A stretch of DNA of 64,000 nt from an uncultured cyanobacterium. GTDB taxonomy: Bacteria; Cyanobacteriota; Cyanobacteriia; PCC-6307; Cyanobiaceae. The first letter of the stretch is position 1. Each line of letters opens with the position of its first letter. Below the pieces are notes generated by a model. That model saw nothing but the letters and a program-made list of their open reading frames with translations, made no database searches and was not told the origin of the DNA. Both the position numbers and the translations under genes were made by a program. Below are positions 39,483-48,914 of this stretch, one piece after another. The stretch lies in contig CAVXWZ010000001.1 of the NCBI GenBank assembly GCA_963765575.1, forward strand, positions 128,001 through 192,000, written 5' to 3'.

Positions 39483-40766
39483 TCAGGTCTCGGCCAGCCA
39501 GTGGCCCCGCAGCAGCACCGCAAAGCCCTGACCATCGCGGCGGCTGTGCAGGCTGCCGCGATGGGCCCGGGCCACCCGTTCCACAATCGCCAGCCCCAGG
39601 CCGCAGTGCCCGCTGCCGCCGCGGGCTGGGTCCAGCCGCCGGAAAGGCTGCAGGGCCTGGCTCCAGAGCTGGGCGTCGAGCCCCGTGCCGCCGTCGGCCA
39701 CCTCAATCTCAAAGCCGTCGCCAGCCCATGGCCGCAGGCTCAGGCGGAAAGGTGGCTGGCCATGGCTGCGGGCGTTGTCGAGCAGGTTGGCCACCGCCCG
39801 GGCCAGCCCGGTGGGCCGCACCCGCCCGACCAGGGGTTGCAGCTGCAGGTCCAGGGGCTGCAGATCGCTCTGGCCGGCCACCTCGGCCAGCAGAGCGTCG
39901 AGGTTCACCTCCAGCGGCTCCTCCTCGCCCTGGCCGCGGGCAAAGGCCATGAACTGGCCGGTGATGCGTTCCAGGGCGTCCAGGTCGCCCAGAGCCTTGG
40001 CGGCATCGCCACTGCCCATCGGCGTGGCTGCGGCCAGGTGCAAGCGCAGCCGCAGCCGGGTGAGGGGACTGCTGAGGTCATGGCCGATGCCGGCCAGCAT
40101 CGTTTCCCGTTCCTGCCGGGCCTGCTCCAGCTGGCTGAGCATGGCGTTGAAACGGGCCGTGAGCTGGCGCACCGAGGGGGCGCCGCGGGGCGGCACCGGC
40201 TGGGGATCGCCCCCCGAGCCCAGTTGCTGCAGCGATTGTTCCAGCAGCCGCAGGGGCCGCCGTACCTCCAGGGCCAGCACCAGGGTGCTGACCCCCAGCC
40301 CCGCCGCCACCAGCGACAGGCTGAGGGAGAGGGGATCGGGCGGCCAGGGGCGCTGCCGTGGCAGTGGTGCCGACAGCCAGACCGGCTCCAGGGCCGAGGC
40401 CAGCTCCACCCAGAGCAGATTGGCGGCCGGCACCACCTCCCGGCAGTAGCCCAGCTGCTCGCACAGCTCGGCTTCCAGGGCGGCGGCCTCGCGCCGCCCC
40501 CGCAGCGAGGCCGGCGGCGGCGTGCTCGCCAGTTCCAGGCCGCTGAGCTCGGCCACCGCATCCATCGGCAGCCGTTCCAGGGCCAGCTCCCCCAGGCGCA
40601 GGCTGAAGGCCACCTCCGAGCCGAGCTGGGCCATGCGGGCCCGCTCAATGCGGCGGGCGAGCAGCGATTGGATCAACAGCAGGCTCAGCAGCCACAAGCT
40701 CACCCCGCAGCCGCCGTAGGCCAGCAGCTTGAGCCAGCGGCGGCGCTCAGCGACGGGCCTGGCCAT
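39483..40766 (-). CDS. HAMP sensor histidine kinase (EnvZ-like)
   Basis: GHDLSSPLTRL, NLLDNA, DGGTG, GLGLAIV. Confidence 0.9.
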   Translation of the reverse strand: MARPVAERRRWLKLLAYGGCGVSLWLLSLLLIQSLLARRIERARMAQLGSEVAFSLRLGELALERLPMDAVAELSGLELASTPPPASLRGRREAAALEAELCEQLGYCREVVPAANLLWVELASALEPVWLSAPLPRQRPWPPDPLSLSLSLVAAGLGVSTLVLALEVRRPLRLLEQSLQQLGSGGDPQPVPPRGAPSVRQLTARFNAMLSQLEQARQERETMLAGIGHDLSSPLTRLRLRLHLAAATPMGSGDAAKALGDLDALERITGQFMAFARGQGEEEPLEVNLDALLAEVAGQSDLQPLDLQLQPLVGRVRPTGLARAVANLLDNARSHGQPPFRLSLRPWAGDGFEIEVADGGTGLDAQLWSQALQPFRRLDPARGGSGHCGLGLAIVERVARAHRGSLHSRRDGQGFAVLLRGHWLAET

Positions 40767-41469
40767 CGGGCACGAACACGTAGCCGTAGCCCCACACCGT
40801 CTGGATGTGGCGGGGTTGGCTGGGGTTGTCCTCCACCAGCCGCCGCAGCCGCGACACCTGCACATCCATGCTGCGGCTCTCGGTTTCGCTGCTGGGGCCG
40901 CGGCAGAGCTCGATCAGCCGCTCCCGGGAGAGGGGGCGATGGGGGTGCTGGGCGAAGGCCAGCAGCAGGCTGAATTCGCCGCTGGTGATGGTCACCGGCT
41001 CGCCGCTGCGCGCCAGGCTGCGGCTGCTGGGATCGAGGCACCAGGCCCCGAATTCGATCACGGCCTGCTCGGCCACCGGGGCGCCGGCCGGCAGGCTGCC
41101 CCGGCGGCGCAGCACCGCCTCGATGCGGGCCGTGAGTTCGCGGGGCAGGAAGGGTTTGGCCAGGTAGTCGTCGGCGCCCTGCTCCAGGCCGATGATCCGA
41201 TCCACGGCATCGCCGCGGCCGGTGAGCATCAGCACCGGCAGGTCATCGCCGCCATCGCGCAGGCGCCGCAGGGCCGTGAGGCCGTCGTCGCCCGGCAGCA
41301 TCAGGTCGAGCACCACCAGGTCGGGCCGCTGGCTCTGCAGGCGGGCCACCAGCTGGCGGGCATCCACCAGACAGCGCACCTCATAGCCCTGCTCACCCAG
41401 GTAGGTGGCCAGCATCTGGCGGAGTTCAGAGTCGTCATCGACGACCCAGATGCGGTGCGGACGCGCCAT
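40747..41469 (-). CDS. OmpR-family response regulator
   Basis: VVDDD, LDLMLP, GADDYLAKPF, IQTVWGYGY. Confidence 0.93.
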   Translation of the reverse strand: MARPHRIWVVDDDSELRQMLATYLGEQGYEVRCLVDARQLVARLQSQRPDLVVLDLMLPGDDGLTALRRLRDGGDDLPVLMLTGRGDAVDRIIGLEQGADDYLAKPFLPRELTARIEAVLRRRGSLPAGAPVAEQAVIEFGAWCLDPSSRSLARSGEPVTITSGEFSLLLAFAQHPHRPLSRERLIELCRGPSSETESRSMDVQVSRLRRLVEDNPSQPRHIQTVWGYGYVFVPDGQARR

Positions 41470-41497
41470 GGGCTGGCTGGATCAGGGTGGCGCTGGC

Positions 41498-42487
41498 TCA
41501 GCCCGGCAGTGGCACCGGGGCCAAGCCACTCTCGTCGAAGACGCCTTCGAACAGCACCGAGCTCAGGTAGCGCTCACCGGAATCGGGCAGCACCACCACG
41601 ATCGTCTTGCCGGCATAGGCCGGTTCCGCCGCCAGCCGCAGGGCGACGGTGGCGGCGGCGCCGCAGGAGATGCCGGCCAGGATGCCCTCCTCTTTCATCA
41701 GGCGGCGGGCCATGGCCACCGCCTCGTCGTCGCCCACGGTCTCCACGCGATCCACCAGGTCGAGATCGAGGTTGGCCGGCACAAAGCCGGCACCGATGCC
41801 CTGGATCTTGTGGGGCCCGGGCTGGAGCTCCTGGCCGGCGCGGGTCTGGCTGATCACGGGGCTGTTGGTCGGCTCCACCGCCACCGACTCCAGGGGTTTG
41901 CCAAGGGTCTGCTTGATGTAGCGGCTGACGCCGGTGATCGTGCCGCCGGTGCCCACCCCGGCGACCAGCACGTCGATGGCCCCGTCGGTGTCGTCCCAGA
42001 TCTCCGGGCCGGTGGTGTCGTGGTGGATCTGGGGATTGGCGGGATTGGCGAACTGCTGCAGCAGCACGTAGCGATCCGGATCGGAGGTGGCCAGCTCCCG
42101 GGCGGTGCCGATGGCGCCGGGCATGCCCAGGCGTCCTTCGGTGAGCACCAGCCGGGCGCCGTAGGCGGTGAGCAGCTTGCGCCGCTCGATGCTCATCGTT
42201 TCCGGCATGGTGAGGGTGAGCGGGATGCCCCGCGACGCCGCCACGAAGGCCAGGGCGATGCCCGTGTTGCCGCTGGTGGGTTCGATCAGCTCCTTGCCCG
42301 GCCCCAGCAGTCCGTCCTGTTCGGCCCGCCAGATCATCGCCGCGCCGATCCGGCACTTCACCGAATAGGCGGGGTTGCGACCCTCGATCTTGGCCAGCAC
42401 GTGGGCGCCGCAGCCCCGGGTCACCCGCTGCAGCCGCACCATGGGCGTGCGGCCGATGCTGAGGCTGTTGTCGGCGTAGATGGTCAT
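41498..42487 (-). CDS. cysK: cysteine synthase A
   Basis: [36 protein letters not shown]. Confidence 0.95.
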   Translation of the reverse strand: MTIYADNSLSIGRTPMVRLQRVTRGCGAHVLAKIEGRNPAYSVKCRIGAAMIWRAEQDGLLGPGKELIEPTSGNTGIALAFVAASRGIPLTLTMPETMSIERRKLLTAYGARLVLTEGRLGMPGAIGTARELATSDPDRYVLLQQFANPANPQIHHDTTGPEIWDDTDGAIDVLVAGVGTGGTITGVSRYIKQTLGKPLESVAVEPTNSPVISQTRAGQELQPGPHKIQGIGAGFVPANLDLDLVDRVETVGDDEAVAMARRLMKEEGILAGISCGAAATVALRLAAEPAYAGKTIVVVLPDSGERYLSSVLFEGVFDESGLAPVPLPG

Positions 42488-42573
42488 CGTGGCGCGCCGG
42501 TCAGGGGAACAGCCTAGGCAGCCGTCCCCAGGCCGATCCGGGCGGCTGGCAACCGCGGCGCCGGCTGTGGCCG

Positions 42574-42837
42574 TCAGGAGTGGGCCGGCTCCCACTCGAT
42601 CTTCACCACGTCCACGGGTCCGCGGCCGGTGTGGTTGAGCTCATTGGCTGCCCGCAGGGCGGCCTCATGGGTGTGGAAGAGGAAGGCCTGGTCGGGGCTG
42701 CTGACGTCGCTGAGGTGCTCATCGCTGCCCTGCAGGGCCAGGTAGGCGGCGTTGTCGAGCCGCTGGATGGCATAACGCTCCGCCTGGGTGCACTCCAGCG
42801 GATGGGAGGGATCGATCTGCGGTGCCCAGAAGTGCAT
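42574..42837 (-). CDS. hypothetical protein
   Basis: ERYAIQR...[13 protein letters not shown]; host codon bias. Confidence 0.65.
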   Translation of the reverse strand: MHFWAPQIDPSHPLECTQAERYAIQRLDNAAYLALQGSDEHLSDVSSPDQAFLFHTHEAALRAANELNHTGRGPVDVVKIEWEPAHS

Positions 42838-43174
42838 GGCGTGAAAGGGTTCTGATGACCAACTACCACGTTCAAAACTGTAGTCGGCGGCTGCCTGCAG
42901 GGCGTCAGCAGCGTCAGCTTCACGCCTCTTCATCAGAAGCGAAACTTTCAATGAAACCCTGGTGCGAGCGCTGCGATCGGCCCCTAGGTTCAGTTGGCGT
43001 CAGCCACCAGCCCAGCCCAACACCCGCCAGCCACCCGCCAGCTGTCCGCCAAGCCACGTCCGCCAAGCCACGGGCGCTGCGACCACAGGCCTCGGGCCTT
43101 CAGCCCAGCGGCGATCTATCAGCTCAGCGGCGTTGTGTCCATGACGCCCCCTTGCCCTTTCCCCACCCCTTCCC

Positions 43175-44095
43175 ATGGCCCTGCTCAAAGCTCCCGTTCT
43201 CGGCATCCAGCGTTATGCCAACGATCGCGACAAGGAAAACTGGGCCCATGCCTCCAATGAGGACCGCAACACCATCATCCGGGCCGTCTACCAGCAGGTG
43301 CTGGGTCAACAGTATCTGATGAAGAGTGAGCGGCTCGAAGGGCTGGAGTCGCTTTTCCGCAACGGTGATCTCTGCGTGCGGGAACTGGTGCGCCTGGTGG
43401 CCAAGAGTGGTCTCTATAAAGAGAGATTCTTCGAAAACTGCAATCCCTACCGCTTCATCGAGCTCAACTTCAAACATCTCCTCGGTCGGGCGCCCCAGAA
43501 CAAGGCCGAGATGCTTCACCACTTCACAATCCTTCAGGAGCAGGGGGTTGATGCCGAGATCGATTCCTACCTCGACAGTGACGAGTATCAGGAGCGCTTC
43601 GGCCAGGATGTGGTGCCCTACATCCACGGCTGGGACTACTCCAAGGGCCATGAGGGACGCCAGTTCTCCTGGCTGATGCAGCTGGCCCGCGGCGCTGCCG
43701 CCTCGGTGAAGGGCGATGCCCTGGGTGTGCAGTCGCGCCTCAACAAGGTGGTGCACAACAACCGGGCGATCGCCGTGAATCCGCCCAGCTCCGGGCCGGC
43801 CTTCTTCCGCTCCGCGATCGGCACCGGCGTCTACGACGGTGAGCTGGGCACCAGCGTGGCCGTGTTCAACAGCGACCGCCGCGACCTGGTGGGGGGCCTG
43901 CCCGTGATGGCCGGCACCCGCAGCAGCGACGGCCCCAGTGGTCGCCTGGTGACCATTCTGGTCACCGGCGTGGCCGACAACGCCTACTCCCGCAGCGCCG
44001 AAACCGTGATCCGGGTGCCCTTCACACGCATGAATGAAGCCCTGCAGCGGGTGGGCCGGCTGGGCGGCCGGGTGGTGGAGGTGCGGGTGAGTTGA
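43175..44095 (+). CDS. phycobilisome rod linker polypeptide (CpeC/Mpe-like)
   Basis: IRAVYQQVLG, ELNFKHLLGRAP, IDSYLDSDEY, C-terminal CpcD-like domain. Confidence 0.88.
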   Translation: MALLKAPVLGIQRYANDRDKENWAHASNEDRNTIIRAVYQQVLGQQYLMKSERLEGLESLFRNGDLCVRELVRLVAKSGLYKERFFENCNPYRFIELNFKHLLGRAPQNKAEMLHHFTILQEQGVDAEIDSYLDSDEYQERFGQDVVPYIHGWDYSKGHEGRQFSWLMQLARGAAASVKGDALGVQSRLNKVVHNNRAIAVNPPSSGPAFFRSAIGTGVYDGELGTSVAVFNSDRRDLVGGLPVMAGTRSSDGPSGRLVTILVTGVADNAYSRSAETVIRVPFTRMNEALQRVGRLGGRVVEVRVS

Positions 44096-44135
44096 GTCCC
44101 ACACTGGAGGGAGATCCCCTTAGGAGGGGGCTGCC

Positions 44136-44348
44136 ATGTTTCTGAAAATCCGCGACGACAACGACAGCAGGCTGGTGGAGGTGCTTGATCTCAAGCAGCT
44201 GTTCGATCCCTTCGCCAGCCAGGTGCAGGCCAGGATGCACGCTGGCGAGGAAATGGGGGATCCTCAGGCCTTCACCAAGGCCAACCTCTTCTTCCCCTCC
44301 GGCGAGGATCTGCCGCGCTGCTGGCTCGATCCCCACTACGCCGGCTGA
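44136..44348 (+). CDS. conserved small cyanobacterial protein
   Basis: LFDPF...GEE..DP..F.K..L.FPSGEDLPRCW. Confidence 0.8.
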   Translation: MFLKIRDDNDSRLVEVLDLKQLFDPFASQVQARMHAGEEMGDPQAFTKANLFFPSGEDLPRCWLDPHYAG

Positions 44349-44364
44349 CCCCGGCGGCTGATCG

Positions 44365-45459
44365 CTACAGCCCGAGGCCCTCGCTGGGCAACATCAGATC
44401 CATCAGCGCTCCACCGTCGAGGTGGTTGCTGGCCTGGATGCGCCCGCCGTGGGTCACGGCGATCTGCTGCACGATCGAGAGGCCCAGGCCGCTGCCGGTG
44501 CGCTGGCTGCGGGCCCGGGCCGGATCGCCGCGGTAAAAGCGCTCGAACATGTGCTGGAGATCGTCGCGGCTGAGGCCGGGGCCGTGGTCGCGCACGCTCA
44601 GCTGGCACCAGCCCCCGCGGCTGGAGAGCGCCACCTCCACTGCAGCGCCATCGGGGCTGTAGCGCAGGGCGTTGTCGATCAGGTTGAGCAGGGCCCGATG
44701 CAGTCGCGAGGCATCACCCTGCACGCTGAGTGCCTCGGGGTGCATGAGCTGCAGATGCACACCGCGCTGCTCGGCCAGGGGGCGCAGGTTGGCCCACACC
44801 TGCTCCACGAGCTGGGGCAGCGGCACGGGGGCCAGCTTCAGGCCCCGGCCGGGGAGGGTGTTCTCCAGCCGTGACAGTTCCAGCAGATCATTCACCAGCT
44901 CCTGCAGGCGCAGCAGTTCCCGCTGCAGCCGCTCCACCAGCCGGGCGTTGCGGTCGGTGACCTGGGCCGCCAGGCTGTCGCCCACCAGCAGCAGGGCTGT
45001 GAGCGGGGTCTTGAGTTCGTGGGCCACGTCGCTGACCCAGCGCTCCTGCTGTTCCAGCTGGGCCTCCAGGGAGCGGCGGCTCTGCAGCTGCACGCCGATC
45101 CAGCCGCCGGTGGCGGGCACCACCAGCACGTCGAAGTCCTGGTGGTTGAACTGCCACTCCAGCCGCTGGGGCCGATCCTGGCGCCGGGCCATGGCCACGC
45201 TGCTGAGCAGGTTGGGATCGGGGCAGACCTCCGCCAGCGGCCGGCCGTCCAGGTGTCGGCCCGCCTTCACCCGCAGAATCCGCTCGGCCCTGGGGTTGAG
45301 ATGGCGCACGCGTTCGCCCCCCTCCAGCAGCACCCAGCCCACCGGCGAGGAATCCATCCAGCTGAGCAGTTGGGCCGCGCTGGGAGCGGCACCCTCGCTG
45401 GTCTGGCCCCGGCGCCAGAAGGCCAGGCGGCGCGCCGGGGGTTGGGGCCGCTCAGCCAA
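44365..45459 (-). CDS. phoR: phosphate sensor kinase (PhoR/SphS)
   Basis: PAS-like region, DVAHELKTPLT, NLIDNA, FERFYRGD; follows phoB. Confidence 0.9.
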   Translation of the reverse strand: MAERPQPPARRLAFWRRGQTSEGAAPSAAQLLSWMDSSPVGWVLLEGGERVRHLNPRAERILRVKAGRHLDGRPLAEVCPDPNLLSSVAMARRQDRPQRLEWQFNHQDFDVLVVPATGGWIGVQLQSRRSLEAQLEQQERWVSDVAHELKTPLTALLLVGDSLAAQVTDRNARLVERLQRELLRLQELVNDLLELSRLENTLPGRGLKLAPVPLPQLVEQVWANLRPLAEQRGVHLQLMHPEALSVQGDASRLHRALLNLIDNALRYSPDGAAVEVALSSRGGWCQLSVRDHGPGLSRDDLQHMFERFYRGDPARARSQRTGSGLGLSIVQQIAVTHGGRIQASNHLDGGALMDLMLPSEGLGL

Positions 45460-46144
45460 AGCGATAGCCGAACCCGCGCACGGTGATCAGATGCTGCGGC
45501 GCCGAGGGGGCGAGTTCGAGTTTCTCGCGCAGCCAGCGGATGTGCACGTCCACGGTCTTGCTGTCGCCGAAGTAGTCCACGCCCCACACCTGCTCGAGCA
45601 ACTTGTCGCGGCTCCAGACCCGGCGCGGATGCTGCATGAACAGCTCCAGCAGCCGGTATTCCTTGGGCGAGAGGTTCACCTCGATGCCGTCGCGGGTGAC
45701 CCGGCACTCGTCCTGGAAGAGCCGCAGGTTGGCGTGCTCCAGCACCTTGTCGGTGGCGGTGGGGTTGGTGGTGCGTCGCAACAGTGCCCGGCAGCGGGCC
45801 ACCAGCTCGCGCATGCCGAAGGGCTTGATCAGATAGTCGTCGGCTCCGACCTCCAGCCCCAGCACCCGATCGGTCTCGCTGTCGCGGGCGCTCACCACCA
45901 GGATCGGTGTGTGGTCCTCGGCCGCCCGCAGCTGCCGGCAGAGGTCGAGGCCGCCCAGCCCCGGCAGCATCAGGTCCAGCACCACCAGGGCATAGCCCTG
46001 GCCATCAGGGGCGCGCTGAATCGACTGCAGGGCGTCGCGCCCGTTGCCGCAGGCGCTGACGGTGAACCCCTCCAAGGCCAGGGCGTCGCTGATGGTCTCG
46101 CGGATTGTGTCGTCGTCCTCGACGACCAGCAGCCTGGCTTCCAT
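45452..46144 (-). CDS. phoB: phosphate response regulator (PhoB/SphR)
   Basis: KTVDVHIRWLREK, TVRGFGYRFG; Pho-region context. Confidence 0.92.
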   Translation of the reverse strand: MEARLLVVEDDDTIRETISDALALEGFTVSACGNGRDALQSIQRAPDGQGYALVVLDLMLPGLGGLDLCRQLRAAEDHTPILVVSARDSETDRVLGLEVGADDYLIKPFGMRELVARCRALLRRTTNPTATDKVLEHANLRLFQDECRVTRDGIEVNLSPKEYRLLELFMQHPRRVWSRDKLLEQVWGVDYFGDSKTVDVHIRWLREKLELAPSAPQHLITVRGFGYRFG

Positions 46145-46260
46145 GGGTCCATTCTGGCGCCTCAGCGATTCGCCCCAGACGAGCAGTTCAGCCAAGGCGG
46201 TACCCCCTGCCGCGCCCGGCTGATCAGACATCGATCGGCCGCCGGGGGGCTGCCGCTGGT

Positions 46261-46899
46261 TCACCGGCGCTGAAGCGGTTGATGGGCGATCACCAGCCGG
46301 CGCTGGGCATCGATGTGCAGCCAGCCCTCATCGCGCAGGCCGCCCAGCACCCGGGTGACGGTGACGCGGGTGGTGCTCAGGGCGCTGGCCAGTTCCTGGT
46401 GGGTGAGCTTCACATTGAGCCGCAGGCCCTGCTCACAGGGCTGGCCGTAATCGTTGGCGAGCAGCTCCAGAAAGCCGCGCACCCGCTCCTCGATGCGGCG
46501 CAGGCCCAGCAGCGACAGCATCGCCTCGCTCTGCCGGTAGCGGGCCGCCATGCCCTGCAGCAGGGCGATGGCCAGATCCGGGGAGCTGGCCAGCTCTTCG
46601 CAGCTCAGGCAGAGCAGATCGCTGGCGTTGACGGTGCGGGCCTCGTAGGCCTGGACGTTGCTGAGGGGCTCACCGAAGGGCTCGTTGGGCCCCGCCAGTC
46701 CGAGCAGCAGTTCATCGCCCTGCAGCGAGATGGCACTGAGTTTCACCATCCCCCGGATCACCATCCAGACGCTGCGCTTGAGCAGGGGCACGCTGCTGCC
46801 GGCACTGAGATGGACCAGGCTGCGCTTCTCGAAGCTGGTCTCGAGCAGATCGCGGAAGTTGTCCCGGTAGGAGGCCTCGAGGGACGGTGTGAACACCAT
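46261..46899 (-). CDS. ptrA: Crp/Fnr family P-stress regulator
   Basis: cNMP-like domain, LTHQELASALSTTRVTVTR HTH; adjacent to phoBR. Confidence 0.82.
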   Translation of the reverse strand: MVFTPSLEASYRDNFRDLLETSFEKRSLVHLSAGSSVPLLKRSVWMVIRGMVKLSAISLQGDELLLGLAGPNEPFGEPLSNVQAYEARTVNASDLLCLSCEELASSPDLAIALLQGMAARYRQSEAMLSLLGLRRIEERVRGFLELLANDYGQPCEQGLRLNVKLTHQELASALSTTRVTVTRVLGGLRDEGWLHIDAQRRLVIAHQPLQRR

Positions 46900-46963
46900 G
46901 GCGATCCGGGTCCCGGTTGGTGCCTCCAAGCTATGGAGAGTGCACCGGCGCCAGGCAAAGGGC

Positions 46964-46993
46964 TGGTAGCGAGCTGTTTAAGAGTTGGTTAGG
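46964..46993 (-). promoter_or_regulatory. Pho box upstream of ptrA
   Basis: CCTAACCA-act-CTTAAACA-gct-CGCTACCA. Confidence 0.7.
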
Positions 46994-47217
46994 CCCCGGC
47001 GGCGGTCGGTCCCGGCGGCGCTCGGTCCCCGCATAGCTGATCCCCGCGCAGCTCATCCGTACAGTGCCGTTCAGCGGCTCCAGGGAGGGTTGGTGAACCT
47101 CAACCGCCCCAGCCTGACCTCACCCTGGATCTGATCCCTGCTGCGCTGAGCGGCCGCCCCCGGGCTGGGTGAACGCTGCCCGGGGCCCCGCACCACACCC
47201 CTGATCTCCCCCGCACC

Positions 47218-48909
47218 ATGGTCAGCACCCCATCCCGGTTATCCCCGGCAGCGCCGGCCACCGGGATTTTCAACTACATCGGCCGCCACAACATCCGTGG
47301 CGACTTCTTCGGTGGTCTCACCGCCGCCGTGATCGCCCTGCCCATGGCTTTGGCCTTCGGCGTGGCCTCGGGGGCGGGGGCGGCGGCCGGGCTCTGGTCG
47401 GCGGCCATCATCGGCCTGATCACGGCCCTGTTCGGGGGCACCCCCTCCCTGATCTCGGAGCCCACCGGTCCGATGACGGTGGTGTTCACGGCCGTGCTGG
47501 CCACCCTCACCGGCCGCTTCGACGATCCCGCCCAGGCCCTGGCGATCGCTTTCACGGTGGTGATGCTTTCGGGCGTGTTCCAGATCTTGTACGGCCTGTT
47601 TCGCCTCGGCCGCTACATCACCCAGATGCCCTACACGGTGATCTCGGGCTTCATGAGCGGCATCGGCACGATCCTGATCATTCTTCAGATCGGCCCCCTG
47701 CTGGGGCAGCCCGCCCCCCCCGGCAGCGTGCTGGGCACCCTGCGGGCCGTGCCGCAGCTGCTGCAGGGCATCCAGCCGCTGGAATCGCTGCTGGCCCTGA
47801 TCACCCTGGCCGTGCTGTGGTTCACCCCCAGGGTGGTGCGGCGCCTGGTGCCGGTGCCGCTGTTCGCCCTGATCGTCGGCACGATTGTGTCGCTGCTCGC
47901 CTTCCCGGGGGTGGAGTTGCGGCGCATCGGTGAGATCCCCAGTGGCCTGCCCCAGTTCACCCTGCCCGCCCTGACCCCCGATGTGCTGCAGCTGGTGCTG
48001 ATCAATGCGGCCCTGCTGGGGATGCTGGGCTCAATCGACTGCCTGCTCACCTGCCTGGTCTCCGACAGCCTCACCCGCACCGAGCACCGCTCCAACAAGG
48101 AACTGGTGGGTCAGGGGCTGGCCAACATCACCGCTGGCCTGTTCGGTGCCCTGCCCGGATCCGGGGCCACCACGGCCACGGTGGTGAACATCCAGGCCGG
48201 TGGTCGCACGGGCCTCTCGGGCATCCTGCGGGCGGTGTTCCTGATGCTGGTGATCCTGGGGGGTTCAAGCCTGGCCTCCCGCATCCCGCTGGCGGTGCTG
48301 GCGGCGATCGTGTTCAAGGTGGGCATCGACATCGTCGACTGGAGCTTCCTGGCCCGGGTGCCCCAGCTCTCCAGGAAGGGCGCCTTCATCACCTACACGG
48401 TGATTGCGCTCACGGTGCTGGTGGATCTGATGGTGGCTGTGGGCGTGGGCATTTTCATCGCCAACATCATCACGATCGACAAGATGAGCACCATGCAGGC
48501 CAAGGCCGTCAAAACGGTGAGCACCGTGGATGACGCCATGGACCTCAGCGACCATGAGCGCGAACTGCTCGGCCAGGCCAAAGGGCGGGTGCTGCTGTTC
48601 CAGCTCAACGGGGCCATGATCTTTGGTGTGGCCAAGGCCATCAACCGCGAGCACAATGCCATCGGCGACTGCGATGCCGTGATCTTCGACCTCTCCGAGG
48701 TGTTCCATCTGGGCATCAGCGCCGCCCTGGCGATCGAGAATGCCGTTGAGGAAGCGATCGAGGCGGGTCGCAATGTGTATGTGGTGGGAGCCCAGGGCAC
48801 CACCCGCAAGCGCCTGGAGGAATTCAGGTTGTTCGAGAAGCTGCCGGAGGATCACACCGATCTCACCCGCCACCAGGCCCTCACCCACGCGGTCGGCGCC
48901 CTGATCTGA
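47218..48909 (+). CDS. SulP/SLC26 family anion transporter (BicA-like) with STAS domain
   Basis: ALPMALAFG, SEPTGPMT, ELVGQG, STAS C-terminus. Confidence 0.9.
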   Translation: MVSTPSRLSPAAPATGIFNYIGRHNIRGDFFGGLTAAVIALPMALAFGVASGAGAAAGLWSAAIIGLITALFGGTPSLISEPTGPMTVVFTAVLATLTGRFDDPAQALAIAFTVVMLSGVFQILYGLFRLGRYITQMPYTVISGFMSGIGTILIILQIGPLLGQPAPPGSVLGTLRAVPQLLQGIQPLESLLALITLAVLWFTPRVVRRLVPVPLFALIVGTIVSLLAFPGVELRRIGEIPSGLPQFTLPALTPDVLQLVLINAALLGMLGSIDCLLTCLVSDSLTRTEHRSNKELVGQGLANITAGLFGALPGSGATTATVVNIQAGGRTGLSGILRAVFLMLVILGGSSLASRIPLAVLAAIVFKVGIDIVDWSFLARVPQLSRKGAFITYTVIALTVLVDLMVAVGVGIFIANIITIDKMSTMQAKAVKTVSTVDDAMDLSDHERELLGQAKGRVLLFQLNGAMIFGVAKAINREHNAIGDCDAVIFDLSEVFHLGISAALAIENAVEEAIEAGRNVYVVGAQGTTRKRLEEFRLFEKLPEDHTDLTRHQALTHAVGALI

Positions 48910-48914
48910 GTGCC

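Noticed and set aside
42995..43080. Short GC-rich tandem repeats (also 28578-28628, 30617-30646, 46995-47030, 61468-61512) as possible CRISPR or REP elements
   Set aside because: Units are about 10-20 bp, adjacent, unrelated to each other, with no spacers or cas genes.
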